A stretch of 64,000 bases of DNA from Antedon mediterranea (taxonomy: Eukaryota; Animalia; Echinodermata): assembly GCF_964355755.1 (NCBI RefSeq), contig NC_092678.1, forward strand, positions 24,073,365 to 24,137,364, written 5' to 3'. The notes below the pieces were generated by a model. That model was not told where the DNA came from and did no database searches. It saw only the letters and a list, made by a program, of their open reading frames with translations. Shown one piece after another: positions 63,419 to 64,000 of this stretch (the first letter of the stretch is position 1; every line of letters starts with the position of its first letter). Made by a program: the position numbers and the translations under genes.

Positions 63419-64000
63419 CTAGGAGGTAAGAGGTTAAAGAGGGTAGGCCTATCTCCACGTTTAAAATATCTATATAATTATAATATTGTTTATTTTAAAA
63501 TACAATGATAAACAATATATAACTTTAAATAAAATAATATTAATAATAACCCCACTTACTTTTCATCAGTGGTAAAGCAGAAATAAGCCTTTTTTAAATA
63601 TTATAATACTACAGCAGGATTCTTTTGTAATGTTATTCACGGAGCTACTACACCCTTTAGTAATAAGGTTGGTGATGTAGCCTTATGTCGTATGTTTGTA
63701 ATGAATTTAATTTAGTGATTTTTTTCTTCTACAGAGTCGACGCGATATGTCTTTGAAAAATTGCCAAGAATCAAAAGAATGTTGAAGATGAAAAACACAT
63801 TTTAAGAAAATGTGAATTGAACCTGTCTCAGACAATATTACTAGGAATAAAATGCAGAGTGCTGAGGCTCCTGGTTTAGGAACCCCAAGTGGCCCTCCAA
63901 CGCTGGAGACCTCGAGTGTTTTTAACTTGTATTTTCCTCTGGACACTGCTTAGGGCTCCAATAAGCTCCATGGCCCATGAGCGCTGATAACCATTACGCC

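Overview
AT-rich, intron-containing animal genomic DNA. It is probably an invertebrate deuterostome such as an echinoderm (inferred from gene content and the abundant TAGGCCTA motif), so the ORF track is mostly uninformative. From left to right: (1) the 3' end of a myo-inositol transporter SLC2A13/HMIT (+), with two possible last exons; (2) two tandem paralogous adhesion GPCR genes (-), each with a signal peptide, 9-10 one-exon HYR domains, a very short GAIN/GPS and a 7TM region, plus dead HYR exons and a third signal-peptide exon split by a LINE; (3) a REDIC1/C12orf40 homologue (-) with an (NVTQTTP)n repeat, convergent with SLC2A13 as in human; (4) the most unusual part, a ~21 kb + strand unit (38.7-60.7 kb) with a textbook Pol II promoter followed by about 100 related 46-100 nt mini-exons separated by 47-95 nt GT-AG introns, interleaved with blocks of a ~147 bp repeat carrying CAG|GT junctions and ending in 161 bp repeats with 36 nt TACTAAC micro-introns, with no consistent reading frame (candidate 'spliced satellite' lncRNA); (5) a 54 aa TOMM6 gene (+) with nested DNA transposons in its first intron. 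Two minimal hammerhead ribozymes, a tRNA-derived SINE and several MITEs are also visible. All calls were made by eye; coordinates marked ~ are approximate.
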